Source: a virus. From it: 64,000 bases of DNA. Shown here one piece after another: positions 28,238 to 40,900 of this stretch. The stretch covers positions 32,001 to 96,000 of IMG/VR virus record IMGVR_UViG_3300023184_000039, one strand, 5' to 3'. A program made the translations under genes and the position numbers. Position 1 is the first letter of the stretch. Every line of letters begins with the position of its first letter. A model generated the notes under the pieces. The model saw only the letters and a list, made by a program, of their open reading frames with translations. It searched no databases and had not been told where the DNA came from.

Positions 28238-29542
28238 CTAGCAGACGATACTAACTCTTTTCCTCTGAGGCAACCCCAAGCCTGCCAAATGTGTAAAAGC
28301 TCCAGTGGCAGAGTCAACTTGGTCATCGTGGTCAGCAGCCTCCGGAAAAGATGACAATTCGTCCATCCACCCCGTTAGCCATGCACCCCTTAGTATGCGA
28401 ACATTGCCATTCGCCACGGCTGCGGCAAATGGTCGTGCACGGGTGAGTTTATCGCCAGTTGACCTCATTCCACCAAAGTCATACCCAGCAAGGATATAGC
28501 GAGCATACTGGTCAATTAATGCCTTGCCAGACGACCCTGGTTCTTGCTCCATTCTGATTGGCACTGCCTTCCCGTCCTCGTAGGCAGTCTGGGAGATGAG
28601 TTGCTCAACCTTTTCAGCCTTGACCCGTGCTCGTTTGACATCGAGAACATAGGCTACCCCTTGGTCAAATAACATAAGGGTTCCAACGGTCCAGTCGGGA
28701 TTAGGGTTGGATGAGGATGGCTCGGTTGCCGCAAGGTCCCAGAAGCGAACGGTTCTAGCCGAGGATGTAATTGGTGGAAGTTCGTGTGCATCAATGATAA
28801 TCATGGATGTTCGGTCAAATAGGCTACCGAGGGTAGTTGCCCACCAGTCGCCTTCCTCAAGTCGGCGCCTTTCAACTGGGTCAAGTGCAGAAAGTGCTTG
28901 TCGGTACGATGCGGCATCAATTCCAGGGTTGTCTGTCAGTTTTGATGGTACAAAAATCCGGTTCTCCTGAACCCCCTCAACGATGAATCTCTGCCTAACC
29001 CAATTGGGCGCTGGGTTTGAGGCGCATCGCATTCTTAGTGGAACCTGAGAAAGTGGTCCACCTGCTGGACGACGGAGACGAGAAAACAGGTATCTGTAGT
29101 CAGACTCCCGAATTTCGGTTACCTCATCCATTCCTATGAACTGAAATTCCGAACCTTTATATCGGAGGTAGTCCCCAGCATTATTGAGGTATCCGAAAGA
29201 GATTCTTGCCCCAGACGGGAATGTTGCAATGAAACTATTGTTATTCCAATGGATGTCATCGTAGTTTGAAATCCAACTTTTGAATCTGTCCATCAAGGCT
29301 CCAGGGAGCGACAAGTCGGCGAATGTTCGACGAAAAAGAATTGCCGAATAATTTGGAACATCAACATACTGGAGTGCGGCCATGAGCAGTGCACTTGATT
29401 TACCACCACCAGCAGCACCTCCGAAAAGCGCCTCTAATGCATAACACCTTAGAAACACGCGCTGATTAAGCGATGCTTCTTCTGGGCAAAACGGCGGGGC
29501 CTTCGGTTCCAGATATTCTAGAATTTTTTCCCAGTCGGCCAT
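28238..29542 (-). CDS. terL: terminase large subunit
   Basis: Walker A FGGAAGGGKS, Walker B FIGMDE, ASNP motif, nuclease WDLAA...DWTVG and HDDQVDS. Confidence 0.93.
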   Translation of the reverse strand: MADWEKILEYLEPKAPPFCPEEASLNQRVFLRCYALEALFGGAAGGGKSSALLMAALQYVDVPNYSAILFRRTFADLSLPGALMDRFKSWISNYDDIHWNNNSFIATFPSGARISFGYLNNAGDYLRYKGSEFQFIGMDEVTEIRESDYRYLFSRLRRPAGGPLSQVPLRMRCASNPAPNWVRQRFIVEGVQENRIFVPSKLTDNPGIDAASYRQALSALDPVERRRLEEGDWWATTLGSLFDRTSMIIIDAHELPPITSSARTVRFWDLAATEPSSSNPNPDWTVGTLMLFDQGVAYVLDVKRARVKAEKVEQLISQTAYEDGKAVPIRMEQEPGSSGKALIDQYARYILAGYDFGGMRSTGDKLTRARPFAAAVANGNVRILRGAWLTGWMDELSSFPEAADHDDQVDSATGAFTHLAGLGLPQRKRVSIVC

Positions 29543-29609
29543 TATCGCTCCAGTTGAATGTGTTGTTCTAGATTAGACAATATAAATGAACTACAGTGGA
29601 GGAAGCACC

Positions 29610-29792
29610 ATGAAACATATTTTTACCAAACTCAGAGAGTTTTTTACAAATCGCCGTTATGTGGCTAATTTATTAATGATTTCATTTATACTGTTTACGG
29701 CGATAGGTGCTGGTCTCGTATTCCCTCCAGCAGGTTTTATCGTTGCAGGCATCACATGTGGGATTCTCGGATATTTGTTAGGTCTTGAATAA
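29610..29792 (+). CDS. small membrane protein preceding portal
   Basis: GGAGG RBS before ATG 29610; two hydrophobic helices; such ORFs commonly precede HK97-type portals. Confidence 0.65.
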   Translation: MKHIFTKLREFFTNRRYVANLLMISFILFTAIGAGLVFPPAGFIVAGITCGILGYLLGLE

Positions 29793-29794
29793 TT

Positions 29795-31819
29795 ATGGCA
29801 TGGAACACAACTAATAATAAATCTCTTAATCCAAATAGCGTCAAATCGCTTATTGGTCCAGGAGCCCCCGTTTCCGGAAACCCAGGTTTAACAACTGGTC
29901 ACGGGTACAAGGACTCATGGGATATTGAGCGAGCCTACAAAGAAGGCATGCAGAGGGTCACATGGGTTGCTAGATGTATTGATGTCATTGCAGGAAACCA
30001 AGCGCGCCTGCCAATCATTTTGCGAAAGGATAACTCCCCAGATGGAGAAATCGTTACTGGTAGCAAAGCAAAGAAATCAAGCCTCTTAGAAGTACTAAAC
30101 ACCAAATCAAACATTGGTGAAAATTCTTTTATATTTAGGTACAGGCTTTCCGCACAGTTGCTTCTTGGAACCCGTGGCGTATTTATTGAAAAGGTACGCG
30201 GACGTGATGGGAGCATCGTCGGGTTGAACCTTCTGCCACCACAGCACACTGCACCAATTCCTGATGTTAAAAAATTTGTTTCTGGCTACGAAGTTACTAT
30301 GCCAACTGGCGAAATAGTAGTTATGAAACCAGAAGATGTTTGCTGGATTCGACGCCCACACCCACTTGACCCATATCTTTCACTAACACCAATGGAGTCT
30401 GCTGGTGTTGCTATTGAAATTGAGAATTTTGCAAAATTATATAATAGAAACTTTTTAATGAACGACGGAAGACCCGGTGGAATACTTGTTGTCAAGGGCG
30501 AAATTGCCGACGACGATAAAGAAGAATTAAGAAATAGATTTAGAGGAAACCTGTCTCGCGCAGGATTGACGACAGTACTGTCTGCTGATGATGGTGCCGA
30601 ATACGTTGATACGAGTTCGTCTCCTAGGGATGCTGCGTATATTCAAATGCGACAGATTACCAAAGAGGAAATTCTTGCATCGTTTGGTGTTCCAGAAACA
30701 GTAATTGGCAATGCATCTGGAAGAACATTTAGTAATGCATCAGAGGAGATTCGGGTGTTTTGGATGGAGACAATGCTTCCCCATCTTGAGCCACTTGCCC
30801 GAGCACTTGATGAATTGGACGAAGAGAATTATGTTGATTTTGATTTGTCCGAAGTTCCAGTCCTTCAGTTGTACAAGCAAGAACGAGAAAGATACCTTAA
30901 AGATGAATTGTCGCAGGGTTTGATTTCCGTTAATGAGTACAGAATTTCAAGCGGAAGAAAAGAAGTTGATGCTGACCTTGCTGACTCACTTCTAATGAAT
31001 CCAAACTTGACACCGATTGCAAATACGAAAAAGAAAATGGAAGAACCACCAGTGATGGCGCCAGGGGCACCAGGGGCACCAGGCGCACCAGGTGAACCAC
31101 CACCACCGGGGATGGAAGGTATGCCACCAAGCGAACCACCACCATCGGGTCTAGACCCAAATACAATGGCTGGCGCTCTTGCTGCTGCATCCGCAGGTGG
31201 ACCACCAGCAGATGCTGGATTTCCGGCAAGTGCCCCACCACCGCCAATCGGTGTAACGGCAAATGCTATGGCCCCAGTCCCCGCAGGAGCCGCCTCAGCA
31301 GACACGATGCTTGCCTACAAGACAGAAGAAATGAACAATGCCCTAGAGCGATGGACGCAAATTCTTGACCGTTCGCTAGAGCGAGTTCTTGAGCGCCAAC
31401 AACGAGTCGTTTTGGAAAAAGCTGGTGGTGCAAAATCCAAGAAGGCACTATATGCAGGAACCATGCAGCCAGATTCCATCTACGGTATTGACATTTGGGA
31501 AAAACAAATGGACGAGGACATCAAGCCAGTTGTGACGGCAATAATTAGGGATTCTGCAGAAATGAATAGCCTTGAAATTTCGTCAATGGAGATATTTGAA
31601 AAAGCCACACGTCATATGAACAGAATCAAAATAGTCAATCACAACATTGGCGAGCAGATAAAGTCGGCAATATCAGATTCCCTGAATGTCGCTGGGGAAG
31701 AACCAAGACACGAATTTCTTCGCAATGAACTAGTGCAAGTTTATACAAATGCACTTGGGAAAATTCGCTATCAGGTCGCATCTGATGAGGCTCGTCGTGC
31801 TTGGGAGAACAGTTTTTAA
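29795..31819 (+). CDS. HK97-family portal protein with Pro-rich linker and C-terminal extension
   Basis: WVARCIDVIA, LSLTPMESA, FLMNDGRPGGIL, EEILASFGVP and ISVNEYR motifs. Confidence 0.92.
   Translation: MAWNTTNNKSLNPNSVKSLIGPGAPVSGNPGLTTGHGYKDSWDIERAYKEGMQRVTWVARCIDVIAGNQARLPIILRKDNSPDGEIVTGSKAKKSSLLEVLNTKSNIGENSFIFRYRLSAQLLLGTRGVFIEKVRGRDGSIVGLNLLPPQHTAPIPDVKKFVSGYEVTMPTGEIVVMKPEDVCWIRRPHPLDPYLSLTPMESAGVAIEIENFAKLYNRNFLMNDGRPGGILVVKGEIADDDKEELRNRFRGNLSRAGLTTVLSADDGAEYVDTSSSPRDAAYIQMRQITKEEILASFGVPETVIGNASGRTFSNASEEIRVFWMETMLPHLEPLARALDELDEENYVDFDLSEVPVLQLYKQERERYLKDELSQGLISVNEYRISSGRKEVDADLADSLLMNPNLTPIANTKKKMEEPPVMAPGAPGAPGAPGEPPPPGMEGMPPSEPPPSGLDPNTMAGALAAASAGGPPADAGFPASAPPPPIGVTANAMAPVPAGAASADTMLAYKTEEMNNALERWTQILDRSLERVLERQQRVVLEKAGGAKSKKALYAGTMQPDSIYGIDIWEKQMDEDIKPVVTAIIRDSAEMNSLEISSMEIFEKATRHMNRIKIVNHNIGEQIKSAISDSLNVAGEEPRHEFLRNELVQVYTNALGKIRYQVASDEARRAWENSF
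31058..31093 (+). repeat. 9-bp tandem repeat encoding (APG)x4
   Basis: gcgccaggg gcaccaggg gcaccaggc gcaccaggt within the portal linker. Confidence 0.8.
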
Positions 31820-31862
31820 TTTCAGTATTTAGATATAGTGAAATGAGCCCGTAAAAGGCATT

Positions 31863-31897
31863 AGTTGCACTGAAGGCAAGTAAAACTGGATTACTAT
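31863..31897 (+). promoter_or_regulatory. candidate late promoter AGTTGCACT-N20-TACTAT
   Basis: Upstream of the giant protease ORF; shares the extended GCATTAGTT with the capsid-gene site. Confidence 0.62.
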
Positions 31898-31924
31898 TTA
31901 TATCAATCCTAACGATTGGTCTTT

Positions 31925-34900
31925 ATGAATAGTGATTTTAAATTCAAATCAAACCCTGGCGTTGTCAACATTGACGAAGCACAGGGCATTGTTGAATGTT
32001 TCGTTGCCGGTATCGGGAACAAAGACAGCGTTGGCGACATTGTTATTAGTGGTGCTTTTGCAAAGAGTTTGACCCGAAGGAAGCCACGCGTTGTTTGGGG
32101 ACACAGTTGGAACGACCCAATCGGCAAAGTTCTTGAGATGTACGAAGTTCCACCAAATGATTCTCGCCTACCAGCAAAAATGAAGGCGGCCGGAATTGGT
32201 GGCTTGTATGCCCGTGTTCAATTTAACTTGCAGTCAGATAAGGGCAAAGAGGCATTTGCGAGCGTTGCCTTTTTCGGTACAGACCAAGAGTGGTCAATCG
32301 GATACAAAACAATAGATGCAATTTTTGACCCTAATCTTCAGGCAAATGTTCTTAAAGAAGTTGAACTGTATGAAGTTTCTCCAGTCCTTCACGGTGCCAA
32401 TCAATTAACTGGAACCATCTCGGTTAAGAACCACCCAGTCAGTTCGGCGATGCCAACGATGATGCCAATGACAATGGACCAAATGCCTCGGATAGTTATT
32501 GTTAGTTCTGATTCGATTGGCGAACCACAAGAAGAGCGCGAAGAAGACGATGAGCAGGAGTTAAATCTTTTTGCCGAGGGATTAGCGCAACCATTGACCG
32601 ATGAGCAAAAAGCAAAGATACAAAGCGAACTTTCGGAAAGAACTGGTTCAAAGGTAGAAATAACCCATGCAACCGAGGGTTCAATAGTATTCAAGAGGAC
32701 GACAACAGACGGAAAAACTTCCATGTACCGAGTTGGGTATCACACCCCAGACGATTACAACACCTTCATGTTCGGTAAGCCAGAAATTTATGCTGATGGG
32801 GAAAAGCCTCAAGCCGAAACAGAAATTCAGTCAAAGCCAAACCCAGACACACCAGTTGTACTTGCTGATGGCGGGGCTTCTTACCGTGACAACGAACAAC
32901 AGATGTCATCATTCCTCGGTTCTGAAGAGAATGTAAACCCATGGGGCAAATCATTAGCAATGCATCTCATTCAATTGCCGGGATATTCAATGAAGGATGC
33001 ATCGCAAAAACTTTCTTCAATTTTTGAATACCACAAACTTGATGTTGTTGAAACAAATAACGGTCTACTTGTAACCAGTCAGTTGTCATCGGATGCAATG
33101 GATGCATTGCAAGTTGCCGTAAAGGGGATTGGTCAAGCACTTGGTCAATCTGCTGGAACATTGCGTTCAATGTCAGAGGGATTTAACCCACATGCAATTG
33201 ACGGTGACAATGATGGTTTTGCACAAGACAACACTGCATTCATGCGTCCCTATATTCCAATCGGAAGTCTTGATATAAACCTTCCAGACATTGGTGGAAA
33301 AAAACGTAACTCTTCTGATTTATTGGACATGCCATCGCTGGGGTCAAAGATTCCCGATGGTGACCCATCACTACTGTCTGGCACTGAGCGCGAAGCCGCA
33401 CTTGCTGCAGGAAAATTAACTCCTCGCACGCGCGAAGACATGATGTTCCTTGCTGACAGAAGACCAAATAATCCAGGTCTCGCCAAGTATTGGGACATGA
33501 ATGACAATGAACTCACACTTGCTGGACAGCGACTCAAGAGTCAGCGTGCTTCTGTTTCAAGTAACGAGCGCGGTCCAATTGATGCGGAACTATACAAAAT
33601 CTCACATGAGTTCACTCGTCGCCAATCGTACGAGCAACAGTTTGGCAAGAAATTCACTCCGTCAAAAGACGGTAAGAAGAAACCAGAAAAACTAAATGCC
33701 GCTGGTCGTACCGCCGAACAAGAAGCTCAACGGATGGAAAAATTTAGAGCCGATGCCGATACCGAGATTGTTGATGATGCAAGAGCACTCGGTTCGCGCT
33801 CTGGGGAGAAACCGAAGAAACCAAATACTGCTGGTCGTACTGCCGAACAAGAAGAATTGCGAACGGAAAAATTGCGCGACGGTGCAAACGACGACCTGAT
33901 TACAGATGCATATGACCGTGGCGAACTTGGTTCACGTTCAAATCCAGAACAGAGTGCGGCAGGACAGAAAATAATTGAAGACATGCTGGTTGCTCGTGGT
34001 TACGGCAGAGAAGAAGCCGGCAACATGCTTGACAACTGGAACGAAAACGACAACGGCACAGAAGAAATTCTTAAGTCAAATAAAAATGACCTTCTTGCTT
34101 CAATTGAAGAACATTGGTCAAATGCACTTGACAGAATGAATGACGATAAAGAGTCTCGCAGTCTTGGCTCACGCAGTGGCGAAAACCCAACACCAGACTA
34201 CCAAGACCAGTTTGATTCCGTTGTTGAAAAATGGTTTGACTCGCTACCAGACAGCAAGGAACGCGTTCAGGAATATCTTGACGAAGGTTTTGGTAAACAG
34301 AACGCTCGTGAAACAGCAATAGAAAAATGGATGGAATTAGAACAGAGTGAAAATCCAGAACTGTTCATGGACGAAATCCAGAACAGAATTGACGACTTAA
34401 ATGAAAACAGATGGGACGACTACCAGTCTCGTAATCTGGGTTCGCGTTCAAAGCCACTTGGTTCACGTGGTGACAAAGACGAATCAAACCGAGAAGAGAC
34501 ATTGGCTCAACGCCTAAAAGAAATTGATGGACTTTCTGCTGAGGAAGGATACATACCAAGACGCGGTCCACAACCTAGCGACCTTCAGCGTGACATGTAC
34601 GAGGAATTTGCAAGGTACGGTAACCAAAACGATGTTTGGGATTATCTGAACACTAGATACAGTGTTGAGAAATCTGATTACAGTGAGCCAGGATACTATA
34701 CAAATGAAAACAATTACAATCTCAGTGGCGCAATAAAAGACTCCATGTCCGAAGAGGACATGCGGAACTTTTTGAAAGCAGTAGCCGAATATGAGGCCAG
34801 CCCAGACTACGACGTATACAAAAAGGGAGGCCCCCTATACGACGAGTTGAACAAAAATCCGAAGCCACTCGGTTCACGTAGTTCTGACCCAATTGATGAG

Positions 34901-37900
34901 GCAATGAAGAAGCCTTCCAAGCCAGCAAAAATTCGTGAATACGGCGCCGAAGAGTATCAAGAATTTAATACCAGCAGGAACAACGACCCTCAGCAAGGTT
35001 TTGATGAACCAGTCTCTGATGATTTCAAATCTCACGAAGATGGCTCAAAATTTGTTGGACATACGGTTACCTTTTCCGATGGAAGAAGGGGCGTCATCGT
35101 CCAGGGTTATTGGCCAGAATATGAAATTATAGACAACGATGAATATCCCCCATCATTCATCTTTGACAGGGTTGGGAGTATTGATATTGCCGTCACACAC
35201 GACAAAGATGGCAATCGCCTAGATAAAATTCAATATGAAAAAGCAAAATTTGACCAAGAGTCAGACCTTGCGATTGCAAGCGAAGAATATCCATTTGAAT
35301 ATTACAATGACCCCGAACTCGCAGATGAGTTTAGTAGGTCATCCGTTCAGATTGACGACAACAAGGTAAGCCTTGAGGAGGTAGAAAAACTTAAACAACG
35401 CCCGAGCAAGCCACTCGGTTCACGTGGTGCACGCAAATCAACAGATGACTACAAAGATTTGGTTGATTGGTTGCCAGACCCAACCTCTGGCTCAACGAGG
35501 AAATACACAGATACCACCGATGGCGCCCTCAAGGTTGCCGAGGACAGGTATGCACTCATTCATGCTCGTCGTGAAATTGCCAAGGAAATGGCAGAAGCGA
35601 ACGGCGTAGAGTGGAAAAAGAACATCAGTATTTATGATGTATCAAAAGATGATGACGATATAGACATATTGGAAGACCTAACCAGCAGAATCAACAAACT
35701 CAATGATTATGTGACTGCACAAGACAAAGAATACAGACAAATTCGCAACCAAGAGAAAAAGGTCTACAAATCTGATTCGGAACTATCAGATATTAAGAAT
35801 TCAATAGACCTCGCTCTTGAAGGTTACGAAGGTACCGAGCGTGATATTGAGGAATATTCGGGCGACAATGCCGTGGACTGGTTCACTACAACACCAGAGG
35901 AAAATACAAAAGAACTAGCAGATAGTTTGAGGGATGACTTGGAAGAGTTGACCATTCACGAGGACGAGAATGGAAACGAGACACTCGCTAGAGAGTATTC
36001 CGAAGATATTGCCGAAGCAAAGACCCTGATAGATAAGGGCACACCAGAAGATTTGCAAAAAGCAATAGAGGTAATGCAAGGTGCTATTCGCAAGCAATCT
36101 GATGATTACGATACTGCTGCAAGAAATTACGAAGCTGAGGGTGACGAACTCCTTGGCCGTGGGTATAGACCAGTTGACTTGCTAGACGAAGATGTGGACT
36201 TTGCCGATGACACCTGGGAGTATGACGACGATTTAGACATAAAGGATGTTGGCGGCAAATACTCCATAATTCCCGACGAACTCTATGGCCCAGAACCAAC
36301 AGACAGTCCTTTCCATAGTGGCAAGGAGTCAGTTGACTATTACATGGGTCGGTCCAAGAATGCCCAGTACCTGAAACAGCAGGGCGTAGGACGATATGCT
36401 CTTGGCTCACGCTCGCAAGCGGATTCAGAGGGGCAAAAACCACCACGCAGAGCGGTTCTGATGTCGATGGACCCCAAGAATTCCAAACTTGCAAGACAGA
36501 TTGATTACGACCCACAAAATGGTGACCTCACTGTTTACCGCAAAGATGGCAAAAAAGAAACATTCAAAAATGTTTCTTATGACCGTGTTCGTGCGGCCGG
36601 AGTAAAAGACGACCCAGATACGCTCATTAATGCACTTCAGAAAGAGCAGAACAAGCCACGAAGTGGCTCGCTTGGTTCACGTCAAACATTGCAAAAGATT
36701 GATGTTGGCGACAGCCAGGCAATAGACGACATCCATTACGACGATATGCGCAAAGAACTGCATGTCGGTTTTACATCCCCAGATGGAGAGACTCGTCGGT
36801 ACACATATTTTGGTGTTTCGCAAGATGAGGCAGATGCCATTGATGCATCACCAAGCAAGGGTCGTGCAATCAACGACATCAAGAGAAACCACGATGTGGA
36901 GAAGATTGATTCGTCTGCCCTCAAGAGAGTGACTGGGACCAGCGACGAGCGCATGATTAGCCCCCTTACTGATTCTTCTGGAAAATATCCAGGTATCGGC
37001 GAACCAATTGATGTATCTGGAAGTTCTGCTTTAGAGGATGCTTTCTACGACCCTCGTAAGAGAGAGTTGGTTGTCAAATACAAAGATGGTGGCTCGTATG
37101 TCTACGAGCAAGTTCTTCCCGGAGAAGCAAGTACATTAAATTCTGCCCCAAGTAAAGGTCGTGCAATTAACGACATTAAAAAGAATCACTTTGTTCGCAA
37201 GTATGAAAAAGAAGCCGGCTCGTCAAAACTTGAATGGAGCGAGACAAGCGGAACCAGTTCGGAAACTTCTGGTCGCTCGGGTCTTGACTACACAATTGAA
37301 AAACAAGCAGATGGAACCTTTTCTGCTGAGGCTGGAAAATCCACATACTCCTACCAAGACGGTCCCGATTTTGAAACCGTTGACACAGCAGACGGATTTG
37401 AGACAGAAGATGCCGCAAAGACATGGGCAGCACAACACGATTTTGCTATTATTGAAAGAGAATCAGGATACGACAAAATTGACAGAGACAATGAGAGGGC
37501 TCGTAGGAACCAACCAGTAGATGTTGGTTACAGTTCAGCACTCGAATCTGCAAGTTGGGATGAAAGAAACAATGAATTAAGCATCACGTACAAGGGTGGA
37601 AAGAAATACATCTACTCAGACTTCACTCAAGACGACCTTGACAAATTTGAAGCCAACCCAAGTAAGGGCAGAGCAGCAAACGAAGTCAAAAAGAATCACC
37701 CAGTCCGCAAGGCAGACAGTGGCCCACTTGGTTCACGTTCCACCGGGAAGTCATCTCCATCAAGAGCGGTCATTCCAACAATGCCAGACATTGATGGAAT
37801 GGATGAACAAGATGCATCGGACGCATTAGAAAAATCCAATGAAGAGTTGCTTGATTTTATTGATGAAACAGAAAAACTGGCAAGAATGTCGCGTGGTGAC

Positions 37901-40900
37901 GATAACTACAACAAATATTTCGGTGGTGCAGTTCCATACATAGAAGAACTATCCAAGAACCATGACGGTTCAGTTGAAGAGCGTAGTATTGCTTTGGAAC
38001 AAGCAATTGACCAAGCAATGTTATATAGTCAGGATGTTGGTTCTTTGGGTGACGAGCGTGAGTCTCGCGAACTCGGTTCGCGTTCTGGTGCAGGTATCTA
38101 TCGCAGTCCTGGGCGCGGTGCTCCACGACCAATTCGCAGAGATGAAGGACTCCGTGAATTGACCCCATTTGACGAACTCCCGCCAAAGGTTCAAGAACGT
38201 GTCAACGAAAGTGTCATGGAATATCTCTATGACGAAAATCGCGGCATGTATTATGACGCCCAAGACGGCGGCGTTGACATGGATGAATTCCTTTCAGATA
38301 ATGCAGGATTCCATCCATATGGATATGTGGCTTTGACAGACAAGGAAAGAGCCCAAATTCGCGAACAAATGATGGATAGGTTTGCACCAAGAGAATACAT
38401 GGATGAGTATGGCGACGAAGTAGATGCAATGATTGCCAACTGGGACAAAGAAGTGGAAGTAAACCCAGACGAAATGGTTGATTTGCTGGACAAGAACAAG
38501 GATGACTATGTTGAGGCCATTCGCGATGCATGGGATATTGAGATGGATAGGCAACTCAATTCTCGTGAACTCGGTTCACGTAGTTCGGGCAACATTGACG
38601 ATGTTGATGTAAGTGGGTCAAGTGCTCTTGATTCTGCCTACTACCATGCGCCAACAGGTGAACTCGTAGTTGGTTATGCCAATGGAAGAAGTTATGTCTA
38701 CGAAGGAGTATCCAACGAAGAATTCCAAAACTTTAATGACAGCCCGAGCAAGGGCAGGGCTATCAACGAAATCAAGCGCACACATAGCTTCCGAGTTGCC
38801 AGTGATGAGGACAGAAATGACCGCATTGCAGGTGACAGAAGTGAAAGTGATGCAATGTCAAGAGGTGCTCTTGAGTCAAACTGGAAGAGAATCGGTTCAG
38901 CAGAACAACAACGATATCTTTCCCGTGAAACCAATAGTGCAATAAGTTCTGGTTCTGGTCAATCAACGGACGAACTTCTTAATGCAGCAAAAATGAGAGC
39001 CATGGATGACAGAAACATGGCCGACCTAGAAATGCAAGCAGAGTCGGTTGGTTCTGGTGGACGAAGCATTGATGTTTCTTCGAGTCAGGCACTCAACCGA
39101 GTGACATACGATAAAGAAAACGAATTACTCTCTGTTGAATATCGCGGCCGTGACGGTAAGGGTGCTGGAACGGTTTACGAATACCAAGGTGTCCCAGAAG
39201 ATGTTGTAGCAAGCCTAGAGTCGTCAGACAGCCGGGGTGCAGCACTTCGTCAAATCAGAGACGACTACGAATTCACTACTCGTGATGCACTGCCAGATTC
39301 TGCATATGACAAAACATCAAGCAAGCCACTCGGTTCAAGCAGCTCCAACAATACCCCTAATTTCAATCGTGAAGACATGGGTAAAATTCTTGACCGCGTT
39401 AGACAAACGCGAGAATTCCAAGACCTTGAAGAAGTCCAAAATACTCTTGACGGATACATGGAGCGTTCTCCAAGCAGAACCCGTGCAAGTTATCCAGAAC
39501 TTGATAAAGAAGAAGTAAGGGTAAGCAAACTGCTTGTTGAGAAGCGCAACGAGATAATTGCGGAGATGCTTGATGCTGGTGAAATAACAGACATTTCTGG
39601 TAAGCGTAAGCCACTCGGTTCGGGTGGGCGAATGGGGCCACGACCAGATGATTCTTCATATGCTCGTGACCTTGCAGACCAACGAAACAGAGATTATGCA
39701 GCAGGGGCCTACGCAACAAACCCAATAGGTAGATTTGCAGAAAACACAGATGGTGATAAGCCGTGGGTTTCGTATGAAGACCTAGACGCCGATGTTCGTG
39801 GCGAAATTGAGCAATCATATTATGAAAGCAATCCTGGGAGCCCACGTCCTGGAGCACGAGACTGGGACTCAGATTATGCACAAAACGACTTTGAAATGAA
39901 CCCAGGGAAGTATGGGTATGCGGACGAGGCAAGTTTTGAAGAAGATTTTTCTGCCGATATGGCAAGGTTTGAATCTAGGCGCAAGCGACTTGGTTCAAGT
40001 AGTGGCTCTTGGCCAACACCAAGTGGATATGAGCCAGACGAGTTCAACATGAACGAAGCAATGTCGCAGATTGGTCGTGGCAATATTGCTGCAATCTCTG
40101 GTGGCAGAGTTGTTAAGCGTGGCAATGAAATGGTTCTCCCAGTCAACAGGAATCAACAAGTAGTTGTTGGTTACAACGGCGGCTCGGATACCTATTACGT
40201 TCGAGCAGAACAAATAATCACAAGTGGCAAAGATAAAGGTAAACACAAAATCCTCGCACAATGGGGTGAGGTTTATGCAGAAAATGTTGGAGAAACGGCA
40301 TACAACGCATCTTTGAAACCATCAATGCACAGTGAAGAAAATGCAGATTTCTGGAAGACATCAGACCTTATTCCAAAGAACACGCTTGTTGACGGTGAAA
40401 CCGGAGAGAAGATATCAAACGCAGGACCACTCGGCTCACGTGGTTCACCCGGAAGCACTCGCCCAGGAATGGGTGTCTATACCGAAAACAGCGACGACAT
40501 GCTTTACGACGAAGCAAACGGACCAAGAAACTCAATTAGGCGTCGTGGCAACTATTCGCCACCAAACCAAAGACTGCTTGCAAGACAAGACAGAGCAGAA
40601 GCAATTGAAGAACTTGCTCAAAAAAATATTACACGGATGGATATTCTCAGAAAGACAAACCCTAAGAGATTTAGGGAAATGCTCAAGCGAGAAAATATAG
40701 ACCGTAGGGATTGGCGAGAACTTGCATACAGAGATGCAACAAATGCAATTGACCAACTTGCTAGGTATCAAGAACGCCGAGCCAGCGGTAACGGCATTAG
40801 AAGACCGCCTGGCGGCAACCTCCCAAAAGTTGACCCGTCACCACGGGGTGACGGACTCTCGCCGTTTGCAAACCTGAAAGACGGCGACATCGTCACTCTT

